64,000 nt of DNA from Mytilus edulis (GCF_963676685.1 NC_092347.1:90644001-90708000); one strand, 5' to 3'. Counted from the stretch's first letter, positions 39,367 through 53,930 are shown. Numbers and translations are program-made. The notes: generated by a model not told the origin, from the letters alone.

Positions 39367-42300
39367 GATCCAAAAAGTCCACGAAGAATTGACGTCGATG
39401 TTATACCAATTTGTTTTTTTTTTATACTGGTTTATGAATATTAAAATGAATATAAACTATCTCTTTCTTCTTTATTTTTTATTATCACATTTAAAGAAAA
39501 TATGGAGATATAAACACACTAATTGATAACGATTCGTGGAAGAAATACTGAGACCAAAAAAGGTGAAATGAGAAACTTAAGTCAACAAAATATTCCAGAG
39601 AGTAAAACCTTCAACAGAAAAAACCTTACTTAAAACATGGAGGTGAGGGTATTCTTCTTAACAAGGTTTTACTTATTCATAGGAGGCTGATTTAATATAG
39701 GAACTTCGTCTCAAGAAAGAAAAGAATTTAGCAGTATCCTTCATTTTCCGTTATATTTATTCCGTTATATATCTCTCTCTATATATAAAACAAGTCTAAG
39801 TTTAAAACAACGTTCAAACCTATAATTGCGTTGGATAAAAACCGCATTTTGATATGTGTGAATGTAACAAATTTCGTTGTAGAAGGTTCTAAACACAGCA
39901 CAAACAACATTTTCCAAAAGACCAAAAGAGTGAAAAATATATTTTAACAAAACGCATTTGACTAGCAGGTCGAACAACTGATGTTCTTAAACCTGCTGAC
40001 TGCCATTGGCGATTGCAAAAAAAAAAAAAAATGATCACAAGGTGTAACAAAATGGATCTCTATATTAACTTAATACCAAGTAGAAAATAATAAACTTGCG
40101 GCAATGATGTAACCAAAACATAAGGTGCTAAATGTTTTACACCATATCCGGATTTCGACAATTAACCTCTCTTCGGTGATGTTAGGGATCGAAAAGTATT
40201 TGAAAGGCCATTTAATATACCGCAATTTAAGACAGACTTTTGAATTTTCATGAGTCAAAATAGGTTGAACGGATTATATATCTTATACGATTTAAAAAAA
40301 AAAATATTGTTAAAATACTACTTAAGTCACAATCACCGGAACATCTCTTTATTTTATATTTAAACAAGTATAAGGACGTAAAAGTCAGCGTATATATTAA
40401 TGATAAGAATAACATTACTTTTTGGAAGTCTTTGTTAATAAACAAAGTAAAGGCAGTTCTGTTGGCAAGGAAGTTATATTTGTAGAAAAAAAATTGAAAT
40501 GTTTTTTAAAAATTTTCAAAGAATAACGAGTAGTTTGTCTGAAATTTAATCAATACATAAGGAATATCAAAATGATATGTTAAAATTGAATTTGGTGACT
40601 ATGCTGAATACATCTATTCCATTGATTGAACTTGAGATAAAGGATACAACAGATACAATTAAGTTTGCCTAAACAATTCTAAATAATTATATAATTGCCT
40701 TTCAAAAATTACGTGGTTATGACAAAGTCTACAATTGTATGGAAAATTTCTTTTTCGTTCAAAATTTAATTTCTTGGTTTACTTGTACCCATGAAAAAAA
40801 TCCACGAAAATTGGTATCCAACGAAAAATAATGAATCCAATGGAATATCTCCCAGTTGAAACGATATCCCAGGGCTTGATTTTTCTATCATTATTACCTT
40901 GAAAGTTAATTGCTGCTAACAAGGAAGGCAATAAATCAAGAGTTATCTGGTGGGAAGTTAAAATCACCCATACGTAAATGTTATGGACGCCATCACGAGT
41001 TGATAGTATGGAATATCCGTTTCCCCGATGACAACGGATATGACCATATTGCAAACTACAATCCTCTCTCCTTGTTCCTGAATATGACTAACAAATCATA
41101 CCTATAACTAGGTTTTACTAACACGAGCAACATGACGGGTGCTACATGCAAAACCGTATCTGTTCACCCTTCCGAAGAACCTGAGATCAAACCCAAGTTT
41201 TAGAGGGGTACGTGCAACTAAATGGTAAGTTTTCTATATGAAAAAGAAGATGTGGTATGATATACAACTATTCAAAAGAGACCAAATAACAGAGAAATTA
41301 ACATCTATGGGTTACCGTACAGCTTACAATAATAAGCAAATCCCATACCGCATTAAAATGCCTGAAATGTCAAATACAAAACAATTCAAACGAGATAACT
41401 AACGGTCTAATTTATGTACAAAAAATTAACGAAAAACAAATTTGTAACACATCAACAAACGTCAACCACTGAACCCTGACTTAGGACAGACACATCTATA
41501 CAGAATGTGACGGGGTTAAACATGTTAGCGGGATTCCAACCTTCCCCTAACCTGGGACAATGTTTTTTTTTTATGTTATGTTGTCTTTTAATTACCCTAA
41601 CGTTGTCGGTTCATTTTCAATTAATGAGTTCGAATATTGCTTAGGATATTTTTGCTTCATTTGTTGTCATGAAATCGAAAAGGAGATGCTTTAATTACTG
41701 TTAGGACCTTGTTTGAATTTTGAATATAATGTGTGTTATCGTCATTGAGTTTATAATAGAAAAGAACTACAAAGTTTCCAACAAATTAAGATAAGAACAA
41801 AAATAGCTATAAATGTATTACAAATACTGTAACTAAATCAAATATTATTCTAAATGATTTTTGGACATCAATCTTCTTCGGTCATTTAGTAACCATATTT
41901 GCCAACTTGTTCCTTTTGCGTGGTATGTATCGTCATTAAGATTTCAATAAACGAAATAGATGTGCACTGACACGTTATAAATTCAGGAACACCATTCCCC
42001 CAAATAACTAAACACCTTTACTAAATGTTTTAACATGAACAAAGATTTGTTCAGGCATAATGGTTTGTCATGAAGACCGCTATTTAAAAGACAGGATATC
42101 ATATCACAATTTTGCCGATAATGTTATTTTAAAAGTATGTAATTTTAGATACGACTCATCAAGACTTAACTGTACAATGTCATGGCTTTTGTAGACTGAT
42201 TGTGACGTTATACCCTTTACCAGTTTGAAGTTGATTGATATACACGTGGGACACAAGGTTTATTTATAATTTACAACAATATCTGATCTAGCTTTCTGAT

Positions 42301-43830
42301 TGTACGAACAACGTTTGTGTTGCTCATTTGCACGAAAACACTTTGTTCTTTTATTTAATCATTCTGTGAAGTCGAAGAAAAGGGGATGGGAAATGGTTGC
42401 AACAAGAAAACTTAAAATGATCATTCAAACTACTGTAAATTCCGAAATTATTGAGCGAATTTTATATTATAATTTTTGAAGATTTGACAAAAATGCGAGA
42501 TAAATTATTGCGATTTTAAAAAAAATCGCCACACAGATATATGTACCGGACATAGTAGTTCTTATCATTTCGATACTCACCTAGTCTCATTATTCACATT
42601 AATAAAAACCCAGTCATAACGTATGAATTTACAATACTGTCTCCCATAAATTAATAAAAACAGTACAGACTATTTTCCTGGTTACTAGAAAAGATTGCTC
42701 AACACGAAAACCAAGAAAAAAGATATAAACAAAATATTTACAACATGACAGTACACTTAGATCCGCAACGGAGTTGTTTCGTTATGGTCAACCAAGTTCT
42801 TATATAGATGATTAATTAAAGCGATTATCTAAATATCCTAGATCAATCAGAGATTCATGGCGAATTGAAAAAAATCGCATGAAATCAAAAATGGATCAAA
42901 AACAGATGTGTCGTAAAGATCATTTACATTGCAAGATTATTTGAACTAGATTATTGATGATATCTTTTACTTCATGATCAGGTGGACAAGTGTGATAATA
43001 AGACGCACAGTTGGTTTCTATAAAAAAACCACTCCATTGAAAACACGTCTTCCAACGGTAACAACTATGGTGGGAATGAAATAGATCAAGCCTTTTGATT
43101 ATATCAGATTTTGAAACGCTTTGCTACAATCACAATCACATGTCAAATTTAAGGATCATGCTAACTTAACATTCATCTTGAGAAGTTCCCCTTTCTAATT
43201 CATTTCCATAAAGGAAATATAATAAAATTAGAGAAGCACAGTTGGTTCATATGGGAATGACCACTGTCTACTGGAAAAAAGGTATACAATGGCACAAAGA
43301 AACAGATCAATCATCTCGATGATGTGAGTTTCAGAGATTCTTTTGTGTAAATCAGAGTTTATCAACACATTATGTGTCCTCTTTGTTATTTATCTGAAGG
43401 CGTAGCATAAATATTAACACGAAACTTTTTTTTATTAAACAAAGGATTTAACAATAATGTGCGAATAACGAATTATCTGAATTATGCCTTGATATAATTA
43501 TATGATTCCGTAGTTGTGTATCAAATTGTTTTAATCAGTTCCAGTTGTTTAAGTTTTTAAACGTTTATTACATTTGATAGATTTCCAAGAATATTCATCA
43601 ACTCTGAAGACAAACTTGACAACATTTGCATTCTGTACCGCTCAATATTATGATGAAGATTAAAGGTAATCGAACGATTTATCCTATGTTAAAACTTTAA
43701 TGTCAATCTTGCTCTCAACATGATATGTGTAACATTGTGTCAGCAAAATTCATGTACGCTATTTACTATAGTATAGTTCTTAGATACACCTATGAGAAAG
43801 TTAAGCTGAATGGGTACACCAAGATATGAT

Positions 43831-44599
43831 TTTATCCTGCAATTGGGTGTCCTACTATACAGATACAGCCCTACAGATATCGCTATGCTGTATCGGTATA
43901 CTATACAGATATCGCTTAAAAGCTCCCGTCCACTGCCGGACTGAGTATTGTTTGAACCTGTGTGACCTCAGAATGTGTATTCCAGTTGCATTCCAATGAC
44001 GATGACAATTGTCGATTTCAAAACTTGAATGTGTATGATTGTGTTACAAAATCAACCATGTCAATTTCAGTATGCATGTTTAGTGAATGTCAAGTCTGAA
44101 GCGTAGGACAACTCGTACACTTCTGTTTTAAATTTGACAATGTTTTGTTATTTGTTTTTACTGTTGAAATTAGTTGTTATGTTAAAATAGATAATTATTC
44201 ACCTTGAGCGATGTATTATTGTTGACTATTCGAGTTCTTTTTTTTGCGAACCCGTCTTCAGCGTAATGTGTGATTTTGATATTACTACGCGGGCCTCAAG
44301 GGATTACAAATCGAAAATAAATGCTAAATAAGTTAGTTTTTGTGTCTTTCAAAACACAAACAATATACAGAATTAATTGCAGGATAAAGACAATAACTCT
44401 TTAGTGTCTTTAAATATCAGCTGTATTTGTACTCGGCTCGAAACAGGTGTAGTAGCTCGCTAAAAGCTCGCATACACCTTGTTTCCTAGCCTCGTACAAA
44501 TACAGCTGATATTTAAAGACACTAAACAGTATAAAAATAAAAATAATAATAAAAAAAAAAAAAAAAAAAAAAAAAAAGACACTAAACAGTTATTGCCTA
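43831..44599. mobile_element. 0.77-kb non-autonomous element with an internal complement of its joined ends and a large terminal hairpin (DIRS/Crypton-like architecture)
   Basis: Absent at the paralogous site ~30134-30148. Left end TTTATCCTGCAATT, right end GTTATTGCCT, internal AATTGCAGGATAAAGACAATAAC at 44375-44397. Confidence 0.7.
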
Positions 44600-45182
44600 T
44601 GTAAATGCAGAATGACCTTTATCAATCATATAGGTAAGGCTTTTCAGTGATATAACTATTAGTATGAATAAGCATGCTACATGTGTTTAATTTGTTGCAT
44701 ATAATTTGTTTAAGGTATATAGTGCGGACAAAAATTCTGATCTGATTCTGATATACATAATGTTTTGAAAAATGTATTATTCATTTTAGGAAGACGGAAA
44801 AACAAATTGAAACAACACGTTAAATATTTCATATATCCGAAGCCCTTATCTTTTTCGATGTTAAGTTTAAATTTTCCAATATATATTGGCCTACAACATC
44901 ACTCAAGAATTACTCTTTTTCGAAATAACCATAAGAAAATCAACGGAGCGTTATATAATAAATGCAAAAAATATTTAGTAACAAATAAGTAAGCCAAGAT
45001 TAAAAGAATAAAAAAAATCTAATACTGTTAGTAAAATATTGGTACATTTGCATAATGTTATTTGGTTGATCTATAATACTTGTCAGTTTTTAATTTAGAA
45101 GGAACTAAAGATGTGCAAACTTGTTATTTCGAATGTACTAATAAATGAAATACACCTGATATATTTATGTCATCTTATTACC

Positions 45183-46230
45183 ATAAAATTGAGAATGGAA
45201 ATGGGGAATGTGCCAAAGAGACAACAACCCGACCATAGAAAAAAACAACAGCTGAAGGTCACCAACAGGTCTTCAATGTAGCGAGAAATTCCAGCACCCG
45301 GAGGCGTCCTTCAACTGGCCCCTAAACAAATATATACTAGTTCAGTGATAATGAACGCCATACTAATTTCCAAATTGTACACAAGAAACTAAAATTAAAA
45401 TAATACAAGACTAACAAAGGCCAGAGGCTCATGACTTGGGACAGGCGCAAAAATGCGGCGGGGTTAAACATGTTTGTGAGATCTCAACCCTCCCCCTATA
45501 CCTCTAGCCAATGTAGAAAAGTAAACGCATAACAATACGCACATTAAAATTCAGTTCAAGAGAAGTCTGAGTCTGATGTCAGAAGATGTAACCAAAGAAA
45601 ATAAACAAAATGACAATAATACATAAATAACAACAGACTACTAGCAGTTAACTGACATGCCAGCTCCAGACTTCAATTAAACTGACTGAAAGATTATGAT
45701 TTCATCATATGAACATCAGGCAAAATCCTTCCCGTTAGGGGTTTAGTATCATACCATCATAACATATATGAGAAGAACATAACCCGTGTCATGCCAACAA
45801 CTGGTTTTTGAATAAATGTGTTTAGTTCCGATGCAAAGACCCTATAAGTGAATCAATATTAACGCCAAAATATGCAATCTTTAATGACCTGACAACAGTA
45901 TCGTAACTATATCCCTTCTTAATAAGTCTATTCAAAGGTTTTGTTAGTTTTTGAGGTGAATACTGACACCTTTGTGCTTTATAAAGAATATTTCCATAAA
46001 AAATTGGATGTGAAATACCTGAACGTATAAGAAGTCTGCATGTTGAGCTATATTTACGAATGATGTCTTTATACCGATGATAAAATTTAGTAAATGTTTT
46101 GACTAGTTTGTGATATCGAAAACCCTGGTGTAATAATTTTTCAGTAATACATAAATTTCTCTCGTTAAAATCTAAAACATTGTTACATACACGAGCGAAT
46201 CGTACAAGTTGAGATATATAAACACCGTAA
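45183..46230. mobile_element. ~1.05-kb interspersed repeat (ATAAAATTGAGAATGGAAATGGGG family) upstream of A6
   Basis: Absent at the paralogous sites (~30722 and ~3860). Short inverted fragments of the same end occur at ~20-59 and ~60485-60558. Confidence 0.75.
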
Positions 46231-46476
46231 GATGTTCTTTAATAAAATGTTGGTACCCGTGTTCTTTAAAAAAAATACATCACCATTCAACTTTTATAAC
46301 AAAACAATAAAAAGATGACCATTACGAAAGTTGTGAAATATATCAGTCAACGATGTTTAAAAGAGTTTTAATCTTAAATAGATAAAGAACAAATACAGTT
46401 ATAAATGACACTAACGAAATGACCAGAAATAAGCAATTTGAATACCAGTGAATGTGTACAAATACTTCAATAATGA

Positions 46477-46782
46477 GGAATTTCCCTCATACTGACTTAA
46501 ACATGTACAATGTATATCAAATGTCACTAATAGGTATTATTTATCAACAAACCACGATGACAATAACGGGTAAAACAATGGCAACCAATAATTGATCACA
46601 ATAGTTTTCTATCATTGTGGTTAACCTTGTTTAAATAGACCCAACTATAAAACATGTTAATCATTACAAATGTCTATTTTATAACTGATTATAACAAAAC
46701 GTTTGGTCAGAGATTATGATATATAAAGCATAACTATCACAAAGTACCACAAGGAAACATACCACCATAGAAAGACACAAAG
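46477..46782 (+). promoter_or_regulatory. Promoter and non-coding exon 1 of A6
   Basis: GGAATTTCCC at 46477-46486; TATATAAA at 46720-46727; donor CAAAG|GTAAGC at 46782/46783. Confidence 0.75.
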
Positions 46783-47088
46783 GTAAGCAGTTGCTATACT
46801 TTAAAATGTATGTTTCGTGTTTGTTTTGAAGATAATGATTTTTCATATTTGGTACCCGTATATTTCGCATTTTTTTCTTTTAAATAAGTTTCAGGAATTT
46901 TTGATGCCAGGATAAGTTTTACCTTCTTACATATTTTCAACTTACTTTGCATTTTACTCGCATCTTACATCTTTGATTTTCATTTACTTATTTATATTTT
47001 CTGTCGTGCTGATTGGCCAATATTTTGAAATTTCAAATACATTATCATTAGTTGATTAGAAATAAATATCGTTTCAGAACCATTAACC

Positions 47089-48487
47089 ATGATACCAATA
47101 GTGTTGATTTGTTTAGCCCTTGTCGGAATTGTGGCATCGGAGGCCGGTGAAAAAGGATATAGTCCCAAATATAACATGAAAACATACGGAAATCCATTTG
47201 GACTAGGTAATATTGGTAGTAATGGATTTCAAGGAAATGGTGGATTCGGATATCCGATTCATGGCAGATTAGGTTATGGATATGGGGGATATTCCAACAA
47301 CGCTTTTGGTTACGGTTCAGCATTAAACATTGGCGGATATGCTGGATACAATGGATATAGTTTACAAAGTGGATATCCTGGATACGGGTTCATGAACGGA
47401 AGGGGTTTGAATGGATTCAGTGGTAATGGAAATTACGGTGTTCACGGTCAAGGAATCGGAGCTTTCATGGGTTATGGATACGGTCGAGGACTTGTTGGAA
47501 ATAACAATTTCAATGGTTATGGAGCGTATGGTATCAATGGGGCATACGGTCTTAACAATTATGGATCTTATGGTATTGGTGGTTTGAATGGTTATGGATC
47601 ATATGGCATTAATGGTTTGAATGGTTTTGGAGCGTATGGTGGTTTGAATGGTTTTGGATCATATGGTGGTTTAAATGGCTTTGGATCATATGGTATTGGT
47701 GGTATAAAAGGTTTTGGCCTCAACGGTGGACTCATAAATGGAAGACAAGGTATCAATGGAATAAGCAGTTTCGGTAAATTTCGAGGTAAGTAACCTTAAA
47801 TCTCCAAATAAAAATAATAAGTTATTTGAATACGAAACTTTATACATATAATATAATTACAATTGTCAAATTGTTACTTGAGAGGGAGATTCATACAAAA
47901 TTGCATTCATAAAAAATGACTGATATAGATTAATTTCCCAATTCATGAATATACATTGAATACATCGTAAAACAAAGCATACCGCATAATAAATAATAAG
48001 AAAATTATTTAAGGAATAGTAATAAAAGGTCCAATATTTTGTGATAATTTTACATTAATTGCTTGTACTTTACACTATTGTGACATTAGCAATATATTTT
48101 AAACTAAAACTATATCATTAACGTTATATAAAAAAAATGAACATTGATTTGAAAGATTAGAAGAATTTAAAATAAATTTTGAAATAGTCGTTTCCCATAA
48201 ACCTTTTTTTCCCATCTTAATTGAAAGTGATTTAAATAAATTTGATACCTATTTTCTGAATCAAACATTTAATACTAAAGGGACAAAAAGGAGACGTACG
48301 GAAAAATTAGAAAAGGTATGAACAGCCGTAACAGACATAAAACTGAGCAATTTAACAGAATGTACATTTAACTTAATCTATGGAGAATATGAACTGAATT
48401 CACTACTCTTCCTTCAATAATGCAATGCAATCACCTTATTAAATCAATATTGTTTTCATCATTGCAGGTAAAAAAGGAACATATTAG
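47089..48487 (+). CDS. Secreted Gly/Tyr/Asn-rich structural protein, type A, copy A6 (238 aa; coding exons 47089-47785 and 48468-48487; C-terminus KFRGKKGTY)
   Basis: Acceptor at 47077/47078; donor CGAG|GTAAGT; acceptor ttgcAG|GTAAAAAAGGAACATATTAG; 717 nt in frame. Confidence 0.9.
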
Positions 48488-48889
48488 GATCCAAGAAGTC
48501 CATGAAGAATTGACGTCCTTGTTATACCATTTGTTTTTGTACTGTTTTTTTAATATTAAAATGAATACAAACTATCTCTTTTTTTCCTTTTTTTTTCCTT
48601 TTTTTATATATAATAACATTTAAAGAAAATAAAGAGATATAAGCAATTCAATTGGTAAAGATTCGTGGAATAATTACTACGACCAAAAAAGGTGAAATGA
48701 GAAAACATAGTCAACAAAACATTCCAGAGAAAAAAACATTCAACATAATAAATCTTACTTAAATCATAGAGATGAAGTTACTCCTCTTGGTGAGGATTTT
48801 CTTTATACATGTGGCTGACTACATATGAAGAACATGTAGAAATATGAGGAAAGAAAAGGTGTCAGCAGTAAGCTTTTTTCAACTGATTT

Positions 48890-49268
48890 TTATAGTTAGT
48901 TCTTATGTTGTACTGTTACACCACAGTCTCAGGTTAGTGGGAGATTTGGGATCTCTCTAACATGTTTAACCTGCCACATGCTGTATGCATGTGCCTGTAT
49001 CAAGTAAGGAACCTGATATTCAGTTGTTGTCCTTTGTGTTACACATTTGTTTATCGTTCATTTTTGTACATAAAAAAGGCCGTTAGTTTTCTCGTTTGAA
49101 TAGTTTTACATTGTCATATCGGAGCCTTTTATAGCTGACTATGCGGTATGGGCTTTGCTCATTGTTTAAGGCCGTACGGTGACCTATAGTTGGTAATGTC
49201 TGTGTCATTTTAGTCTCTTGTGGACAGTTGTCTCATTGGCAATCATACCACATCTTCTTTTTTATATT
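48890..49268. mobile_element. Interspersed repeat (ATATAAAAAAGAAGATGTGGTATGATTGCC family)
   Basis: Related copies at ~27590-27920, ~41235-41560, ~15365-15530 and ~11155-11575. Confidence 0.65.
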
Positions 49269-49269
49269 A

Positions 49270-49900
49270 ACTGTTTCTGTTGTATCCTTTATCTCTAGTT
49301 CGATTGGATAAATGCGTTCAACATGGTCACTAAATTGTGAATAATGTAGTGAGAGAACATCATCTAAATAAAGGAAAGTACAGTTAAAGGATATTGCTAA
49401 CTTCTTATATTTCTTCCTAAGAAGTTCCTGTATGAAGTCAGCCACATAATAATAAAGGAACATGTCGGGAAGAAGAGGGGCACTTTTAGTTCTCATAGGA
49501 ACGGCGATTGTTTTTTGAAAAAACTAGTCCTCCAAACGTAACAAATATGAAATTAGCATCTTGATAATGTTAGTTTGTTTTAGAGACTTTTTGATTGAAT
49601 CAGTGATTATTTACAAAGTCGGATTTATCCCTCCCTAAGACAAGATACTTGTATCTACGTCGCCCATACTTTTTTTAAGAACATATTTGTTGTCAACTTT
49701 AAAACAGAAAATGATAATATTCAACAAACTCTTGATGGCGTCCGTAACATTTCCGAAGAGATGTCTCGAATTCACTATGTTGATCCCTTGTTTAAAAAAA
49801 TTTCCTTGTAAGCAGCAAAACTCCATCAAGAAAATCACTTTTGAAAATGCAAATTTTGGAAGTTCGTATGACCTTTGATTTATATAATCCTTATGCAGAA
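49270..49900 (-). pseudogene. Decayed Penelope-like retroelement reverse transcriptase fragments
   Basis: Translation APLLPDMFLYYY-ADFIQELL...FLYLDDVLSL...IYPIELEIKDTT contains a degenerate PMG..APLLA motif and a Y(I/L)DD catalytic motif; the frames are broken. Confidence 0.7.
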
Positions 49901-49999
49901 AAAAGTAAAATAACAAAATTCCCTAACTCCAAAGAAAATTCAAAATTTCATATAAATAAAAAGATGACAATTCGGAAGCTGGAATCATCTATGGTGTCT

Positions 50000-51640
50000 T
50001 GTTCGCAAACCATTCTCATTGCCGATGTCTATTAAAAAATCCTTCAGAAAATCAGTGAATTGTGTTAGATTGACACAATTAATAAACATATGTTCTAAAT
50101 CTTCTCTATTTGTGGACACACTGGACAAGTGTCATTATCAGACATGTTACATTTTAAAAGTTTTACTTTAGTAAACAATTTTCTATGAAATACTTGAAAA
50201 TTAAGTTCCCTGCATTCACCAGCAAGGTATGTAAATTTGAAAAAAAATTTAACACTTTGAAAGTTCTAATTCTGTATATTTTTCGATCCAATAAGATTCT
50301 GATACAGGCAATTTTCCAACAAATTTTATTAAGAGATTATTAAATGATCGAGTACTTTGTGACATAGCTTCTTTATCTTCAACAGAAATAAAAAGACAAT
50401 CTACAGTTATTTCAAAATTCTTTGAAACTGGATTGATATTTTCTTTGTTAAAATGTACCCATTTAAGAGGTAAACTGACAAGCAAAATTTTTATAAAATT
50501 TGCAGACATCATCATATTTCAGATCAGCATGTTTCTCAAATAAAATTAATTGCAATACTTTTGAGAATACCAAGAATTACTTTATACGTTTAATGTTTAA
50601 CTTTTGTTATTCCTGATAAAATGAAAGGTTTATAATTTAGCAATTTACCTTTTGTTAACACAAGGGTTAAAAAATAATGGTATCTCGTGATCATTATTTT
50701 CATTAGCTTCAACAATGACAACAGAACTCTTCAATTTCCTCCATGCAAGCAACATTTCACAAACAAAAAAAGAAAGCTTTGAATAAGAGGACTGTTTCAA
50801 TTCGCAAAGTAAAATATTTTTTCTTAGATTCATATATTCTTTTTGGAAAAGAAAACAAATATTTTTCCATAGAGCAAAATTATCCAAAATTCAATAGTCT
50901 ACTAAGAAAATTTAACTTAAAGGCAAACATTTTGAGCATTGTGTCTGGAAAATGCAAACCACCTTTAGATGTTTCTAAAATAATTGTTTCATATGCTCAT
51001 GATGAGTTTTAAAATTCAATAAAAAGTCAATACATATTTTCTTTATTTGTAAATAGTACGTAGAAGGTATACCATAATTTTGACATCAGTAGCTATGATA
51101 CAACAGCAAAGCTACCATGAAGTGAAAGATGTCTCTGTTTCCATAAAAAAACAGAAGTAATGGTGTTGATTTTTTTCCCCACTTTAAGATATTGAATTTT
51201 TTTTGAAATTTTCCGATCCAAACTCCTAAAACTTCTACGTTCTCACATATCTTAATACCTAACTGCTCAATGTCATTTTGTAACACACAACCATTTCCTA
51301 AAATAAGAATTTAAGATGTTTCTTTATTGATTTTAGCACCTTTAGCAATGCTCTAGATTTTAAGAATATAAAATAAAAAATAACAAGTCACTTCCTTTTT
51401 GCTTAGGAAAAGGTTGTTGCATCTGCATGCTGGAAAATAGTAGAATAAATATTTGTGCAAGGTATTGTTATACCAGTAATTTCTGTGTTTTGTAAAATTG
51501 CTTGTCCTAATGTTTCTTATAATGTATAGGGTCGAACTTAAAGGACATCCTTATTCTATTCCGTTATTATAGCTGAAATATTGGATGAAATGTCCATTAC
51601 ACTTAATAGAACTTCTAACATTCGTGTAAATTTTTTAATC
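50000..51640 (-). pseudogene. Decayed LINE ORF2 (L1/Tx1-like) fragment
   Basis: Minus-strand remnants G..GCPL (~51540-51565) and IFQHAD (~51420-51438), plus a C-terminal RELNFQVFHRKLFT...CPVC zinc-binding region (~50110-50215). Many stops and frameshifts. Confidence 0.65.
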
Positions 51641-51986
51641 CATTTTTGTCTTTCATTTTTTGCTGGTGTGTTTTGTATATGCGACCTTTTGTATTTCTTT
51701 GGTTCTTATAACGTGACTCTGTACTTTTAAAGATCCCGTCAGTATGATATTGTTCTATTGTATGTCATTATGATATATTTCTATTATGAGTTACAAAATA
51801 CGTTGAACCACAAACGACAAAATTATTCAATCGCGTAGTGGAATGAACTATTTGTGGATTCTTATAAATTCTATGAAACTTTTGGACTATTTTAAATATC
51901 GGTCTTTTTCTGAAATTAATTCTTTCATACATTTGATTTTTTTACCCTGTATGCTAACATTGCCTATGTAAAATTTATAAATTGTT

Positions 51987-52892
51987 TGTTCCGGACCATA
52001 TGAGTATTTGGACCATACGCGTATGGTCATGACCATATGGGTATATACTCATATGGTCGAGGTAATTAACACTCTGTTACAGTTTATTTTTAATACTTTT
52101 AAACTCTTCATATGGTATGACCGTTCATTAAAAAGACGCTTTCATATAGGTTATTTTATTATTATATTATAATAAAAAGATAAGCTAAATAAGAATTAGA
52201 AGTTTCACATAGTTAATTTTACTTACTTGTCAAAACTATAATAAACAGATTTTATACCGATAGTCATTACCGATTTGTTATAACGCGTGAATGGGTATAT
52301 GTCGACTTAAAGCGATGAATTCCCAAAATTTAAACTGTTACAAAAAAAGTCACTGGAAAGTAACATAGTTTATTTAAGTTGTGTATTATGGTGTATTGCA
52401 GTCATGTTACGATATTTGAGATCTAGAGCTACTTAAAAACACCGTAGACATATCGGAATGGCCCAAGACCTCGGTATCTCTGTACACAGCTACAAAAAGG
52501 CTAGCGTTTCACTCGCAAACAAAAGGTGTAAATGAAAAGGATCGTGCACAACCAAGACTTGCAAATGCAAAAAAGCTATGCTACCGTGTGGAAGTAAATG
52601 TCACCCAAGCCTACATACAAGAATGTAATCAGCGATGAAAACTAACTATGGCATCGATATTTAATTTTTACTTAGTATTTGAATTATAAAATAATACATT
52701 GTCATGTAACCATCATTGCTTGTCTAGATAAATTTTTGTATTATGGAAACTTTTATAATGTAATTTAAAAAAAAATATACCTATATGGTCCAAATACTCA
52801 TATAGTCAGGCCTGTTAATAACCAAACGAGTATTAAACTCTTAAGGTCATGACCATACGCGTATGGTCCAAATACTCATATGGTCCGGAACA
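51987..52892. mobile_element. 0.9-kb non-autonomous TIR element nested in another repeat (~51645-53085)
   Basis: TGTTCCGGACCATATGAGTATTTGGACCATACGCGTATGGTCATGACC has a perfect inverted copy ending at 52892; the TIRs are built of short palindromes. Confidence 0.8.
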
Positions 52893-53089
52893 TATATACA
52901 CTGAACGACAAATATATGTGACGTATAAAATTTTCTAACGTCAGACACGCGAATCAATGAATGTGTTTGTAGATAGATGTTTTTGTGTTCTGTTAAATTG
53001 TTCCTTTTAAAATTGTTACACAATGATGACTGCTGTACCCATATTTTGACTATTTTATTTATTATGTCTGTTCAGTTCACGCATCATAC

Positions 53090-53130
53090 GTTCAAATAGT
53101 AACTACTTAGACCACTCGGCTACCGAGGCC
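53090..53130 (-). mobile_element. tRNA-derived SINE 5' head fragment
   Basis: Minus strand GGCCTCGGTAGCCGAGTGGTCTAAG contains a Pol III box A-like motif; no box B or cloverleaf follows. Confidence 0.4.
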
Positions 53131-53930
53131 TCTAGTGAAAGTACATCATATATGTAGCAAAAACTGAAGTCAAAGGATGATGCTCAAATGAAAGAAAAGT
53201 ATCTACACCACGTTTTCCCGAATTGTTTTGTTGTATTGATAAATGAATGGGATACTATCATCTGCGCCATGAGACAAAACATTTCAATTATCATCACTAG
53301 GGTGTCATGAACATGAAGACATTTGTATATTCGAAACAAATTGACTCAATAAATTCATATACATTATGTGCGAGTTTTTTTACTTTCCCGATGTACAACA
53401 ATAACAATTATATTTAAAACGTTGATCTTAAAATATTATATAATGTTTTTGGGTAGTGTGACTTAATCAAATTTCAAAATGAAGACATTTCACTGTTTTA
53501 AAAAGCGTCGAATCAAATGTAAGAAATTCTAAAACATAAATGTAAGACAGAATAAACAAAAAGTTATGAAACAATGTTTACACATGTACATAATGTAATT
53601 TGTTTGATGTATGATAACAATAAATTTGACAATGAAAAACACTTGCAATATTCACATCTTTAAGCTTTTTATGGCTATATATGTTAAAAGAATAGAATAA
53701 CATGCATTTTTCGTACACAACAATTAAACAATATAAAGGTTAATATGTAGCCTTTTGCAAAATATATCAGTATAAATGATCGTTAAAAGAGTGTGAATTT
53801 GAATTGACAAATTACAAATACACTGCTAAATGATATTAATGAAATATACAATATACGACATCAATAATTAGAAATACACAACTTGAATACATGTTAAAGT
53901 GAACGAATACATTGTACTTAAATAAAATGA

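Noticed and set aside
22880-48900. B3-A4 and B5-A6 as uncollapsed haplotypes rather than a true tandem duplication
   Set aside because: The sequence is contiguous with no gap, and a distinct linker (33.3-35 kb) joins the two units. Judged less likely, but read depth and long reads are needed to exclude it.
53090-53130. Possible tRNA gene
   Set aside because: Only a box A-like 5' part is present, with no cloverleaf; treated as a SINE fragment.
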